Sequence record: SRR22947725_3567
Length of the DNA: 49,757 nt
Direction: 5' to 3' (one strand)
Shown here: positions 17,016-30,207 of the stretch, one piece after another
Numbering within the stretch: the stretch's first letter is position 1
Layout of the letters: each line of letters begins with the position of its first letter
Notes under the pieces: model-generated
What the model was told of the DNA's origin: nothing
Databases searched by the model: none
What the model saw: the letters and a program-made list of their open reading frames with translations, nothing else
Program-made: the position numbers and the translations under genes

Positions 17016-19549
17016 TCGTTAGTTTCTTTCTCTTCTTCTCCACTGGATACTTCCACGACACTACTCTCCTCATCGACGGTTTTCAGGTCCCGTTCAGAGT
17101 TCCGCGCAATGCCCAAAACCTTGTCTTCCTCGCCCATTCGCGCGAAGACAACTCCCATCGTGTCCCGGCCCTTTGCGGGGACCTCCTCGACGCTTGATCG
17201 CACCACTTTGCCGCTTTCGAGAACGACCAAGACTTCGTCTTCGTCTCCCACAATCAACGCTCCAGCGAGGCCACCTCGGGTTTCTGACAGCTTCGCTACC
17301 TTGATCCCCAGGCCACCACGCTGTTGAGCACGGTATTGATCCACGGCGGTGCGCTTAGCGTAACCGCCCTCGGTCACCACAAAAACGTAGCCTTCATCAG
17401 TCACGACAGAGGCAGACAGCAACTGGTCTTCCCCGCGGAAGTGCATTCCAATCACGCCTGCGGTAGAACGGCCCATTGGTCGCAAAGACGAGTCTGTCGC
17501 GCTAAATCTCAGCGACATCCCCGCCTTCGACACCAACAACACATCGTCGCCCTCATTGGCGAGCATTGCAGCAACCAGCTGGTCTTCTTCTTTGAGATTG
17601 ATGGCGATGATTCCACCGGACCGGTTGGTGTCGTACTGTGTCAGCTCTGTTTTCTTCACCATGCCACCCTCGGTGGCCAGCACCAGATACCTGGCAGCTT
17701 CATAATCCGCAATATCCAGAATCTGGGCTATTTCTTCGCCGGGCTGCAACGCCAGGAGGTTTGCTACGTGCTGGCCCTTCGCGTCTCGACCCGCTTCTTG
17801 GACTTCATAGGCCTTTGCCCGGAAAACCCGCCCGGTGTTGGTGAAGAACAGGAGCCAACGATGAGTGGTGGTGACAAAGAAGTGCTCAACTACGTCATCC
17901 GCGCGCAACTGAGCGCCCTTAACGCCCTTTCCACCTCGGTGCTGGCTGCGGTAATTATCACTCCGGGTGCGCTTGATGTAGCCACCCCGGGTAACCGACA
18001 CGACCATTTCTTCCTCGGGAATCAGGTCTTCATTGGTCATTCCGCCATCGAATCCCATGACGATTTCTGTTCGTCGGTCATCACCAAATCGATCGGTGAT
18101 GTCAGCAAGTTCCTCGGAGACAATGCTCCGCTGGCGTTCTTCGCTGGCCAAAATTGACTGGTAATCGGCGATAAGGCGTTCGAGCTCAGCCGCTTGATCC
18201 ATGATCTTTTGGCGTTCGAGTGCCGCCAAGCGACGTAGCTGGAGATTCAGGATGGCGAGTGCTTGTTCCTCATCAACGTCCAGCAGTTTCTTCAGGCCTT
18301 CTTTGGCCTCTTCCACGGTGGGGGACTTGCGAATAAGGGCAATTACCGCATCGAGGGCGTCAAGCGCTTTGAGATATCCGCGCAGGATGTGGGCGTCAGC
18401 CTCCGCCTTGTCGAGGCGGAACTGTGTCCGCCGCACAATAACCTGAATTTGGTGGGAAACCCAGAGGGTAATAAAGGCATCCAGAGTCAACGTTCGGGGG
18501 ACCCCGTCGACGATGGCCAACATATTGGCCCCGAAATTTTCCTGCAAGGACGTGTGCTTGTAGAGGTTGTTCAGGACCACCTTTGCCACAGCATCACGTT
18601 TTAATACGATGACGAGACGTTGTCCGGTCCTCCCAGAAGTCTCATCGCGAATATCAGCAATACCCGTGATTTTCGCCTCTTTAACAAGGTCAGCAATTTT
18701 GACCGCGAGGTTGTCCGGATTGACCTGATACGGAAGCTCGGTAACGACAAGACACGTCCGATTATGAATCTCCTCCACGGTGACAACGGCCCGCATCGTG
18801 ATGGAGCCGCGACCGGTGCGATAAGCATCGGCGATACCGTTATTGCCGAGAATTTGAGCCCCGGTCGGGAAATCTGGCCCTTTTACCATCGTGAGAGCTG
18901 CCATCAGCAGCTCCTCCGTGGATGCCGTCGGGTTCGCTAAATGCCACTGGGCAGCCTGCGCGACCTCGCGCAGATTGTGCGGAGGAATGTTGGTCGCCAT
19001 TCCCACAGCGATCCCCACTGAGCCGTTCACCAGCAAATTGGGGAAACGACTCGGAAGAATGCTCGGTTCCCGGGTTCTTCCGTCGTAGTTGTCTTGGAAG
19101 TCGACCGTGTCTTCTTCGATGTCCCGAACCATCTCCATGGCAAGGTTGGCCATCTTGGTCTCGGTATATCGAGGAGCTGCGGCACCATCATTACCGGGGC
19201 TTCCAAAGTTTCCCTGCCCCGCCGCCAGCGGGTAGCGCAGGCTCCATGGCTGGACGAGACGGACAAGAGCGTCATAAATGGCGGAGTCGCCGTGAGGGTG
19301 GAACTTACCCATCACGTCGCCAACCACGCGAGAACATTTCGAGAACGCCTTATCCGGCCGATATCCTCCGTCATACATCGAGTAAATGACCCGGCGATGA
19401 ACGGGTTTCAGTCCGTCTCTGACATCGGGTAAGGCGCGGCCCACAATGACGCTCATTGCGTAGTCGAGGTAGGAGCGCTGCATTTCTACCTGGATATCAA
19501 CCTGGTTGATACGATCCACGATGGGGCCGTTGGTATCTTCGTTAGCCAC
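17012..19549 (-). CDS. gyrA: DNA gyrase subunit A
   Basis: [26 protein letters not shown], GyrA box QHRGGKG. Confidence 0.98.
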   Translation of the reverse strand: MANEDTNGPIVDRINQVDIQVEMQRSYLDYAMSVIVGRALPDVRDGLKPVHRRVIYSMYDGGYRPDKAFSKCSRVVGDVMGKFHPHGDSAIYDALVRLVQPWSLRYPLAAGQGNFGSPGNDGAAAPRYTETKMANLAMEMVRDIEEDTVDFQDNYDGRTREPSILPSRFPNLLVNGSVGIAVGMATNIPPHNLREVAQAAQWHLANPTASTEELLMAALTMVKGPDFPTGAQILGNNGIADAYRTGRGSITMRAVVTVEEIHNRTCLVVTELPYQVNPDNLAVKIADLVKEAKITGIADIRDETSGRTGQRLVIVLKRDAVAKVVLNNLYKHTSLQENFGANMLAIVDGVPRTLTLDAFITLWVSHQIQVIVRRTQFRLDKAEADAHILRGYLKALDALDAVIALIRKSPTVEEAKEGLKKLLDVDEEQALAILNLQLRRLAALERQKIMDQAAELERLIADYQSILASEERQRSIVSEELADITDRFGDDRRTEIVMGFDGGMTNEDLIPEEEMVVSVTRGGYIKRTRSDNYRSQHRGGKGVKGAQLRADDVVEHFFVTTTHRWLLFFTNTGRVFRAKAYEVQEAGRDAKGQHVANLLALQPGEEIAQILDIADYEAARYLVLATEGGMVKKTELTQYDTNRSGGIIAINLKEEDQLVAAMLANEGDDVLLVSKAGMSLRFSATDSSLRPMGRSTAGVIGMHFRGEDQLLSASVVTDEGYVFVVTEGGYAKRTAVDQYRAQQRGGLGIKVAKLSETRGGLAGALIVGDEDEVLVVLESGKVVRSSVEEVPAKGRDTMGVVFARMGEEDKVLGIARNSERDLKTVDEESSVVEVSSGEEEKETNE

Positions 19550-19558
19550 GATTCCGTC

Positions 19559-22142
<2,584 letters not shown>

Positions 22143-22146
<4 letters not shown>

Positions 22147-23258
22147 CGAGGAGTCACCGCCCCCGCGAAAACATCGAACACTCGCCCCGACAATTCTTGG
22201 GGAATGTCCTCTTCCACCGCGCTGGTGACAATGATTTGCTCGTAATGGCCCATCGCGCTCACCAACTGGGCCCTGCGGCGAGAGTCTAGTTCCGCAAATA
22301 CATCGTCCAACATGATGATCGGGTCACCACTGGGTTTATCAGCCTTTAACCAGGAGGCGGTTCCAAGCCGCAAAGAAAGAGCAAGGGACCACGTTTCCCC
22401 TTGACTCGCATGAGTCCGCGCGGGCCGACCCTCGATCAGTAGTTCCATATCGTCTCGCTGAGGCCCGACTAAAGAGATTCCCCTCTCCCGCTCCGCCGGA
22501 GCGGCCTGATCCAGAGCGACCGAGATTAAAGACACCAGGTCTTCCCGGGATACCCCCTCCTCCACGACAAAACCTTTGGGAAGATAGCGCGCCGTGATGT
22601 GCTGTCCCGTGGCGAGATTCTCATACGCTGCCGTGACATTGGGCAGAATTGCTGCCCATTGCTGAAGTCGCTGGGAAACAATATCGGCGGCCAAAGAAAT
22701 AAAAGAGGCGTTCCAGACTTCGAGAGTGGAGAGGTCCGCACCCCGCGGCTTCGAACGCAATGACTTCAACAAGCTGTTTCGTTGTTTGAGAACCTTGTCG
22801 AAATCTGCATAGGTTCCAGCCATCGTGGGCGATGCACCGACGACCAGCTCGTCAAGGAATTGCCGCCGAAAACCTGGTTCACCACGAATAATTGCTGAGT
22901 CTTCCGGGGCGAACATCACCGCAGAAACCCACCGCGGTATCTCTGAAATCTTGACCGAGTTACCGGACACTGTGGCGTCGCTCGTGCCGGAGCGCTTAAG
23001 TGTGACACCGACGGAAACATCACGGTCCCCATGACGAAGACTGCCAAATATGGTGGCTCGATCGTAACCATCCCCGATCAACGCAGAGGAACCACCCACG
23101 CGATGAGACCCAAGCGTTGAGAGATATCGAACAGCCTCCACCACGTTGGTTTTGCCTTGACCGTTAGGCCCAACCAAGATGTTGGTGCCCTGCGTGAAGC
23201 TGAGCGAGCTTCGGTCGTGATTACGCCATCCCACGAGGTCTAGCTGGCTAATCCACAC
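22143..23258 (-). CDS. recF: DNA replication/repair protein RecF
   Basis: GPNGQGKTN, SHR, GPQRDD, ASQGE, LDDVFAELD. Confidence 0.95.
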
Positions 23259-23267
23259 GAGGCGGAC

Positions 23268-24413
23268 TTAGCGCATCAAGAGATTTGGCTGCAACAAGTA
23301 TCGGTATCCCTCAGAAGCGTCGCCATCTTGAGACTTTTGTGCCGTCAATAACACCGGTCCTGGTTTGTTCGGGTTATCAGTGTGCGTGAAGGAGACACGG
23401 ACAAATTCGCTATGCGTGGCGGCCAAGCCATCAATGAGGAACTGTGGCTTGAGTGATACCACGCACTCTTTTCCTACAAGATGCCCGTTGATTTCTTCTG
23501 ACGCTTGTGCTTGGTCCGACCCAAGAGCCTCGAGGGCCACCCCATCAGCGCTGAACGAATATCGAAGAGGCGCCTCCCGCTCAAGCACCAATGCCACCCG
23601 ACGGGTAGCTTCTATCAAGTCTTGCGTGCTCACCACCGCATAGTCGGGGGTGGTTTCGGGAAACAGCTTCTGGACGGGAGGGAAGGAGCCCTTGATGAGC
23701 AACGTCGTCACCGTGCGCTGGTCAGAGCTAAAAGCGACCAGCTCTCTTTCCCCGCCAACACTTAGCGTGATCGTCAAGTGGGATGTGTGAGCAAAGGTTT
23801 TACCGATCTCCGCCAGCGTTCGAGAGGGAATGAGCGCTTGAAGCCCCTCGGCGGCAACCGAGCCACCGGACCATGAAAGTTCCTTTGCTGCAACCCGATA
23901 ACGGTCGGTGGCCATCATTACTAAGGCAGAGGAAGACACATCCAACAGCACACCAGTTATCACCGGGGTCACGTCATCACGAGAAGCTGCGGGTGCTACT
24001 TGCCCCACAGCTTGGGAAAATTCCTCGCCCGATACTGAGCCAGATACGCCCTCAACTTCGGGCAAATTTGGATACTCTTCGACCGCCATCGTGGCCAAAG
24101 TAAATTTTGCCGAACCCGACACCACCGAGACAGAAGTTCCACTCAAAGAGAGAGTGACGCTGTCTTCCGGGAGGCGCTGAGCAATCTCAGACAGTAAGCG
24201 CCCAGAAACAAGGACTTGACCGGGGGCGTCTACCGAAGCCGCAACTTTCGTTTTGGCCGACACCTCGTAATCAAAAGAGGAGATCGTCACGGTGTCATCC
24301 TCGACAGTGATCAAAACACCACTCAGAATCGGCAAGGTTGTGCGCTGAGGTAATAACTTCACAGCGAAAGAGACTGCTTCACTGAAGACATCTTTATTCA
24401 CTTCGAACTTCAC
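23268..24413 (-). CDS. dnaN: DNA polymerase III beta clamp
   Basis: LPILSGV, FDYEVS, ATDRYR, YLLQP. Start placed at GTG 24413. Confidence 0.95.
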   Translation of the reverse strand: MKFEVNKDVFSEAVSFAVKLLPQRTTLPILSGVLITVEDDTVTISSFDYEVSAKTKVAASVDAPGQVLVSGRLLSEIAQRLPEDSVTLSLSGTSVSVVSGSAKFTLATMAVEEYPNLPEVEGVSGSVSGEEFSQAVGQVAPAASRDDVTPVITGVLLDVSSSALVMMATDRYRVAAKELSWSGGSVAAEGLQALIPSRTLAEIGKTFAHTSHLTITLSVGGERELVAFSSDQRTVTTLLIKGSFPPVQKLFPETTPDYAVVSTQDLIEATRRVALVLEREAPLRYSFSADGVALEALGSDQAQASEEINGHLVGKECVVSLKPQFLIDGLAATHSEFVRVSFTHTDNPNKPGPVLLTAQKSQDGDASEGYRYLLQPNLLMR

Positions 24414-24429
24414 AGGACACCTACTCAAT

Positions 24430-24760
24430 TGCTAGACGGAACCGGGTACTTGATTCTGTCACAAAGCCTTTGGCGTCGTAGTCGAAGGTTATTGGGAGAA
24501 AGAAATTGATTAATTAAGTAAATACTCATAACAGCTGTGGAAAAGAGGATAACCGGTGGATTGCGCTGAAAAAGGTCGTGAACTACATCGGTGTCAGATG
24601 TGGAAACCTTCCGGAGAGGCCTGTGGATAATTCCTGAGAAACTGGTGAAATCTTTTCCAGCTGCACTAGCGTGTGAAGAATTTCGGCGTGTCTTCCCCAG
24701 TAGGTGACACGTTTTCCACAACTTATCCACAATGTGGGAAACCTTCAACTAGAAGTTGGA
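24430..24760. other. Chromosomal replication origin oriC (dnaA-dnaN intergenic)
   Basis: DnaA boxes: TGTGGAAAA 24536, TGTGGAAAC 24599, TGTGGATAA 24622, TTTTCCACA 24712, TTATCCACA 24723, TGTGGGAAA 24733. AT-rich unwinding element about 24497-24532. Confidence 0.9.
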
Positions 24761-26167
24761 TTAATTTGTATAATTCGAACTTTGTTTGATACGGCTCGTA
24801 AGTTCAGTCACCTGGTTATAAATCGAGCGGCGTTCTTTCATGAGTTCGCTAATCTTGTTGTTCGCATACATCACCGTCGTATGGTCACGGTTTCCAAAAA
24901 GCTGGCCGATTTTAGGGAGCGACAGGTTCGTCATCTCTCTCGAAAGATACATCGCAACCTGGCGAGCCAAGGCGATGGTCTGTGAACGCGAGGATCCATA
25001 GAGGTCATCGACGGTGAGCTGGTAAAAAGTTGCGGTGATGTTGATGATGTCTACTGGTGACACAACATTGGTGTCTTCAGTGAGGACCAGGTCCTTCAAT
25101 ACAGTGCGGGCGAGTTCCATGGAGATAGGCGCTTTGTTGAGGTTTGAGAAAGCGGTGACTCGGATAAGTGCACCTTCTAGTTCGCGGACATTGGAAGATA
25201 CTTTCGAAGCCATAAGCTCCACAACGTCATCGTTGATGTCTATTCGTTCACTCGCGGCTTTCTTCCGGAGAATGGCGATACGGGTTTCGAGGTCAGGAGC
25301 TTGAACATCTGTAATAAGGCCCCATTCGAAGCGGGAGCGCATACGGTCCTCAAAGCCGGTCAGCTGTTTCGGGGGTAGATCACTGGTGACGACAACTTGC
25401 TTGTTGTGGTCGTGAAGAGTGTTGAAGGTATGAAAAAAAGCTTCCTGGGTGGAATCTTTACCTTGAAGAAACTGGATGTCATCAATGAGCAGAATGTCGA
25501 CTTCACGGTATCGCGCCTGGAATTCTGGAGCTCTGTTGTTGGCAATCGCGTTGATGAAATCGTTGGTGAACTCTTCGGAGCTTACGTATCTCACGCGGCA
25601 GCCTTTAAAGAGGCTGATGGCGTAGTGGCCAATGGCGTGGAGAAGGTGTGTTTTTCCTAGACCAGAGCCCCCATAGATGAACAGCGGGTTATAGGCCTTA
25701 GCTGGGGCTTCTGCTACCGCGACAGCTGCGGCGTGAGAAAACCGGTTGGAAGACCCAATAACAAAATTGTCAAAGCTATATTTCGCGTTGAGGCGTGACT
25801 GATTTTCTCCCACCGCGATCGGACCAGGGTCGAAAGGTTCGCTGAGTATCTCCGCGGCGACAGCTTCCGTCAGTGGAATTTGAAGGACATCGCTTTCGAT
25901 ATCCGGGTTAACAACAATGGCAAAACTACTAACACCAGAATCTTCGGTGCTCTCCAATGCTTCTAAAAGCGGCAGACGCACTCTCTGTTCCAGCATCCCT
26001 CGGGTGAGCTCGTTAGGAACTTCGAGATAAAGAACCCCTGCCATCACGCCGCGAGGTTCGACAAGGTCGAGGAAGCCCCAGAGCTGAGGAGTGATTCGGG
26101 CGTCGGTGGTGAGATGAGACTTAACCCCTTGCCACAAGTCAGCAACCTGAGTCTCTGGCTCGCTCAC
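24761..26167 (-). CDS. dnaA: Chromosomal replication initiator DnaA
   Basis: YNPLFIYGGSGLGKTHL, IDDIQF, SRFEWGL, RELEGAL, RDHTTV. Start placed at GTG 26167. Confidence 0.98.
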   Translation of the reverse strand: MSEPETQVADLWQGVKSHLTTDARITPQLWGFLDLVEPRGVMAGVLYLEVPNELTRGMLEQRVRLPLLEALESTEDSGVSSFAIVVNPDIESDVLQIPLTEAVAAEILSEPFDPGPIAVGENQSRLNAKYSFDNFVIGSSNRFSHAAAVAVAEAPAKAYNPLFIYGGSGLGKTHLLHAIGHYAISLFKGCRVRYVSSEEFTNDFINAIANNRAPEFQARYREVDILLIDDIQFLQGKDSTQEAFFHTFNTLHDHNKQVVVTSDLPPKQLTGFEDRMRSRFEWGLITDVQAPDLETRIAILRKKAASERIDINDDVVELMASKVSSNVRELEGALIRVTAFSNLNKAPISMELARTVLKDLVLTEDTNVVSPVDIINITATFYQLTVDDLYGSSRSQTIALARQVAMYLSREMTNLSLPKIGQLFGNRDHTTVMYANNKISELMKERRSIYNQVTELTSRIKQSSNYTN

Positions 26168-26188
26168 ACCTTCACCCCTTTGCGATGT

Positions 26189-26262
26189 TGTGGATAACAA
26201 GAAGCTCCACCCTATGACAGGCGGAAATACTGACCATAACAGTACAAGCTCCCTGTGGATAA
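26189..26262. promoter_or_regulatory. DnaA boxes upstream of dnaA (autoregulation or bipartite origin)
   Basis: TGTGGATAA at 26189-26197 and 26254-26262. Confidence 0.8.
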
Positions 26263-26280
26263 CTACAGCCCTAGGATGGC

Positions 26281-26309
26281 TTGACCACCGCCCCTTAGGG
26301 GCTTATCCT
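26281..26309 (+). promoter_or_regulatory. Housekeeping sigma promoter of the rpmH operon
   Basis: TTGACC-17 bp-TATCCT. Confidence 0.6.
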
Positions 26310-26374
26310 GTAGTGTTGCCCATTCGGGCTAAGTTTTGATCAGGAGAACACCTGATCGGTATCGAGGAGTTTCC

Positions 26375-26512
26375 ATGAGTAAGCGCACGTTCCAACCCAA
26401 CAACCGTCGCCGCGCCAAGGTTCACGGTTTTCGCTTGCGCATGCGTACCCGTGCCGGCCGTGCCATCCTCGCTGCGCGTCGCCGCAAGGGCCGCACGTCG
26501 CTTTCGGCCTAG
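26375..26512 (+). CDS. rpmH: 50S ribosomal protein L34 (not in the ORF track)
   Basis: [54 protein letters not shown]. Confidence 0.97.
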   Translation: MSKRTFQPNNRRRAKVHGFRLRMRTRAGRAILAARRRKGRTSLSA

Positions 26513-26524
26513 GTAAGAAATCCC

Positions 26525-26860
26525 GTGCTACCACGGGTTCACCGGATTGTGTCGGGTGAGGATCTTCGCTCGACCCAACGCCGCGGCCGCCGTTCAGCTC
26601 ATGGCCTCTTCGTAATGGTCTATCGCAGGACCGACGCAGAGTCTCCTTCGAGGTGGGGCTTTGTGGTGTCAAAAAAAGTTGGCAACGCTGTGGCCCGTAA
26701 TCTCATCAAACGCAGGATGCGGGCACTCGCTTCGCATACCTTGCTCGCGAACCCTATGGGTTTCGACACCGTGGTGAGAGCCTTACCCGGGTCGGCAACA
26801 GCGAGCTTTGATGAGTTATCGGAGAGCTGGGCGCTTGCGATACGGGAGTGGCAGGAATGA
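26525..26860 (+). CDS. rnpA: Ribonuclease P protein component
   Basis: RWGFVVSKKVGNAVARNLIKRRMR (RNR motif). Confidence 0.95.
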   Translation: MLPRVHRIVSGEDLRSTQRRGRRSAHGLFVMVYRRTDAESPSRWGFVVSKKVGNAVARNLIKRRMRALASHTLLANPMGFDTVVRALPGSATASFDELSESWALAIREWQE

Positions 26861-27159
26861 CACGGGCGTGGGGGTTCCTGATCCTCGCTCCTAGGAATCT
26901 CGCTTTGGCCCTACTAATGGCTTACCGAAAACTTATTTCCCCTCTTTATGGACAGGTTTGTCGCTACTACCCCAGTTGCTCGCTTTACACGTTGAGGGCA
27001 ATCCAACAAACCGGTGCCCTCGGGGGAATAGGCTTAGGGGCAATTCGCATTGTCCGATGCAACCCTTGGGCCCGCGGTGGTATCGATGATCCCCCGGAGC
27101 GATTAAGAGATTTGTACGAAATAACCCCGCGCGGCTTTGTGCGGGTTAAAGGAAGGTAA
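26857..27159 (+). CDS. yidD: Membrane protein insertion efficiency factor YidD
   Basis: YRKLISPLYGQVCRYYPSCS...RCNPW..GGID. Confidence 0.93.
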   Translation: MTRAWGFLILAPRNLALALLMAYRKLISPLYGQVCRYYPSCSLYTLRAIQQTGALGGIGLGAIRIVRCNPWARGGIDDPPERLRDLYEITPRGFVRVKGR

Positions 27160-27163
27160 GCGG

Positions 27164-28147
27164 TTGGGAATTTTCGACACGATCCTGTGGCCTATTCGGT
27201 GGGTTATCGAGGCGGTACTTGCGGGAGCCCACTCCTCGCTGGAATTCCTTGGCATGGACCCCTCCTCAGGTGCGGCCTGGTTCTTATCAATCGCAACCCT
27301 GGTGTTGATTGTCCGCGCTGCTCTGATTCCGGTGTTCGTCCGCCAAATTAAGAGTCAGCGACGGATGATGGAAATTGCCCCGGAGCTTAAGAAGATCCAG
27401 GACAAGTACAAGGGCAAAAAGGACCAGTTCTCTCGCGAGGCGATGTCCCGCGAAACCATGGCTCTGTATAGCAAAGCGGGGACCAACCCGTTCTCGTCGT
27501 GTTTGCCACTTCTCTTGCAGATGCCCATCTTCTTTGGCCTCTTCCGGGTATTGAGCACCGCCGCCGAAGGACGTCCTGGCGTATCGTTCATGACCCAGCA
27601 GTTGGCCGACCAGTTCGGCGAAGCAAGGCTTTTTGGTTTGGCCCCATTGCAGTCGACGATGTCCTACGCCTTCAGTGAAGCTTCGACGTTGTCTTCTTCC
27701 GCAACGGTCGCCGTTATTGCGACCGCCGCGGTCATGGTTGTGGCCATGTCAGCTTCTCAGTTCGTTACCCAGCTGCAGATCATGTCAAAGAACCAGTCGC
27801 CTGCGATGAAAGAAAGCCCGATGTACCGCCAGCAGCGCATCCTGTTGTACATGTTGCCTCTGGTCTTCCTGTTTTCCGGGTTCTACTTCTCACTGGGAGT
27901 CATGACTTACTGGCTTGTTTCTAACTTCTGGACCATGGGTCAGCAATTTGTGGTAATTCGTAACATGCCAACACCGGGCAGTGATGCAGCGATAGCGCGT
28001 GACGCTCGGATGGCAAAAAAGCGTGAACGGAAAGGGATTGTCCTCATCGAGGACGAGGGAGAAGAGGAAGCTCCTGAGGAGCCCAAACAACGTCAGCAGC
28101 CTGTCAGCAAAGACCGGGCGAAGAAGAAAAAGAAGAAGAGGAAGTAA
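27164..28147 (+). CDS. yidC: Membrane protein insertase YidC
   Basis: VRAALIP, PELKKIQDKYKG, NPFSSCLPLLLQMPIF, YWLVSN.W...QQ. Confidence 0.95.
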   Translation: MGIFDTILWPIRWVIEAVLAGAHSSLEFLGMDPSSGAAWFLSIATLVLIVRAALIPVFVRQIKSQRRMMEIAPELKKIQDKYKGKKDQFSREAMSRETMALYSKAGTNPFSSCLPLLLQMPIFFGLFRVLSTAAEGRPGVSFMTQQLADQFGEARLFGLAPLQSTMSYAFSEASTLSSSATVAVIATAAVMVVAMSASQFVTQLQIMSKNQSPAMKESPMYRQQRILLYMLPLVFLFSGFYFSLGVMTYWLVSNFWTMGQQFVVIRNMPTPGSDAAIARDARMAKKRERKGIVLIEDEGEEEAPEEPKQRQQPVSKDRAKKKKKKRK

Positions 28148-28626
28148 TGGCCACCACAGAAGACAAGATTGTCGTACCCGACGAGGGCGAACTCGCAGCA
28201 GATTACCTGGAAACCTTGCTTGATATTGCGGACCTTGACGGCGATATTGAAATTGAGGTGAAGACCGGAAGAACTTATGTCACGGTTGGCGCCCCCGATA
28301 ACGAAGACCTGCGAGTGCTTTCTAGCCCCGAGGCCGTTGGTGCGTTACAAGATCTCACCCGTCTAGCGGTCCAGCAAAAAACGGGCGAGTTCGCTCGGCT
28401 GGTTTTGGATGTTGCTGGGTCTCGGGATAATCGAGTGAAAGAGCTAGAGAAGCTTGTCGCGCACGCTGTTGAGAAGATTGAAGGCGGCGCGAAAACTGCA
28501 GCTCTCCCCCCCATGAGTAGCTATGAGCGAAAGCTTGTCCACGACATGGTCGGCGAAAAGGGCTATCAGTCAGGTTCGCAAGGCGAAGGTTCAGACCGCC
28601 ACACGGTCATCTCCCCCGCCTCATAG
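28147..28626 (+). CDS. jag: Jag/KhpB-family RNA-binding protein (KH-like + R3H)
   Basis: EGELAADYLE.LLDIADLDGDI; R3H motif ERKLVH; SQGEG..R. Confidence 0.9.
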   Translation: MATTEDKIVVPDEGELAADYLETLLDIADLDGDIEIEVKTGRTYVTVGAPDNEDLRVLSSPEAVGALQDLTRLAVQQKTGEFARLVLDVAGSRDNRVKELEKLVAHAVEKIEGGAKTAALPPMSSYERKLVHDMVGEKGYQSGSQGEGSDRHTVISPAS

Positions 28627-28629
28627 GGA

Positions 28630-29271
28630 ATGTTTCACGTGAAACATCCTGAGTGCGAGCCTGAGCCAGAATCCTCTGAGCGGGTATGTGGGGAGTCCCT
28701 AGATACCCTGCGGCAGCTGGCTGACCACATGGTTGAGTGGAGCGAAGAGCTGGGACTTGTCGGTCCTAGGGAATTGGATCGCTTATGGACACGACATATA
28801 TTGAATTCCGCCTTGCTTGCCCGGAAGGTTCCCCAGGGAACGCTAGCTGACGTAGGGTCCGGTGCTGGGTTCCCGGGACTGGTTGTGGCTGCGATGCGAC
28901 CTGACGTTCATTGCACCCTTATTGAGCCCCTCGGGCGTCGGGCTACATGGTTAAAGGACGAAGCAGATCGCTTGGGCCTGACGAACGTAACCGTGTTCAA
29001 TGAGCGGGCGGAAGAATTATGGGACACCGTCAAGGTGGACGCCGTCACAGCACGTGCGGTGAGTGCCCTGAAGACCCTGATTCCGCTCTGTGTGCCATTA
29101 CTCAAGCCCGGAGGCGAACTACTGCTCATGAAGGGGCAGAAGGTCGAGGACGAAATTCGGACGGCGGCTACCGTGATGGTGGGTGCCGGACTTTCGCAGC
29201 CCCGGGTGGAAACGACCGGCCCCGAGTATGGAACGGAAGAGACCCGAATTTTTCGGGCTACAGTGGCATAG
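28630..29271 (+). CDS. rsmG: 16S rRNA m7G527 methyltransferase RsmG
   Basis: LWTRHILNS, DVGSGAGFPG, VTARAV, MKG. Confidence 0.93.
   Translation: MFHVKHPECEPEPESSERVCGESLDTLRQLADHMVEWSEELGLVGPRELDRLWTRHILNSALLARKVPQGTLADVGSGAGFPGLVVAAMRPDVHCTLIEPLGRRATWLKDEADRLGLTNVTVFNERAEELWDTVKVDAVTARAVSALKTLIPLCVPLLKPGGELLLMKGQKVEDEIRTAATVMVGAGLSQPRVETTGPEYGTEETRIFRATVA
28631..28646. promoter_or_regulatory. parS site (overlapping the rsmG start)
   Basis: Perfect TGTTTCACGTGAAACA. Confidence 0.92.
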
Positions 29272-29280
29272 CGTGGCGAA

Positions 29281-29296
29281 TGTTTCACGTGAAACA
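29281..29296. promoter_or_regulatory. parS site upstream of parA
   Basis: Perfect TGTTTCACGTGAAACA. Confidence 0.93.
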
Positions 29297-29313
29297 TCGA
29301 AGGGAGTTTTTCT

Positions 29314-30207
29314 GTGAATCAGAGCTCTTTCGATGCCACAACACCACTTGCGGCCGAGTTACAAGACCTTACCCGGCGGAGAAAAGCTTTGCAGGACAGC
29401 AAGGCTCCTCTCCCTGCGACTGCTCGCGTCATCGCGGTTGCTAACCAAAAAGGGGGCGTAGGTAAGACGACTACCGCCGTGAATATCGCTTCGGCGTTGG
29501 CCCACCTTGGGGCAACAGTATTGGTCATTGACCTGGATCCACAAGGAAACGCTTCCACAGCGCTGGGAATCGACCACCATGGGGATATTGCCAGCATTTA
29601 TGACGTTGTGGTGGGCACCACAGACCTCGCGGACACTATTGTGCCGAGCCCGGATCACCCAAACCTCCTGTGTTCGCCGTCTACCCTCGACCTCGCCGGG
29701 TCTGAGATCGAACTCGTGACGATGCCCGCGAGGGAGCACCGCCTGTCCCGCGCCCTGGAGAGCTATTTGGGATCAGAAGAGGGGGCACGGGTCAATTACG
29801 TCATCATTGACTGTCCGCCGTCTCTTGGGCTGCTGACGGTCAACGCCTTTGTCGCCGCAAAGGAGGTCATGATTCCGATCCAGTGTGAGTACTACGCGCT
29901 CGAAGGCGTGAGCCAACTCGTGCGGAACATTCAACTGGTAACAAGCCACCTCAACCCAGATTTACGGCTATCGACCATTGTGTTGACCATGTTTGATAGC
30001 AGGACGAACCTGGCTCACCAGGTGGTGGCTGATGTGAGGGAGCACTTTCCCTCCGAAACACTCACGGCGGTGATTCCGCGTTCCGTTCGAGTGTCCGAGG
30101 CACCCAGTTATGGACAAACGGTGATCTCCTACGATAAGTCGTCACCAGGCGCAGTCGCCTACCAAGAAGCAGCGGTGGAAATCGCTCACAGAGGAGCAAC
30201 GAACTAA
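29314..30207 (+). CDS. parA: Chromosome partitioning ATPase ParA
   Basis: NQKGGVGKTT, DLDPQGN, IDCPPSLG, QCEYYALEG. Confidence 0.96.
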   Translation: MNQSSFDATTPLAAELQDLTRRRKALQDSKAPLPATARVIAVANQKGGVGKTTTAVNIASALAHLGATVLVIDLDPQGNASTALGIDHHGDIASIYDVVVGTTDLADTIVPSPDHPNLLCSPSTLDLAGSEIELVTMPAREHRLSRALESYLGSEEGARVNYVIIDCPPSLGLLTVNAFVAAKEVMIPIQCEYYALEGVSQLVRNIQLVTSHLNPDLRLSTIVLTMFDSRTNLAHQVVADVREHFPSETLTAVIPRSVRVSEAPSYGQTVISYDKSSPGAVAYQEAAVEIAHRGATN

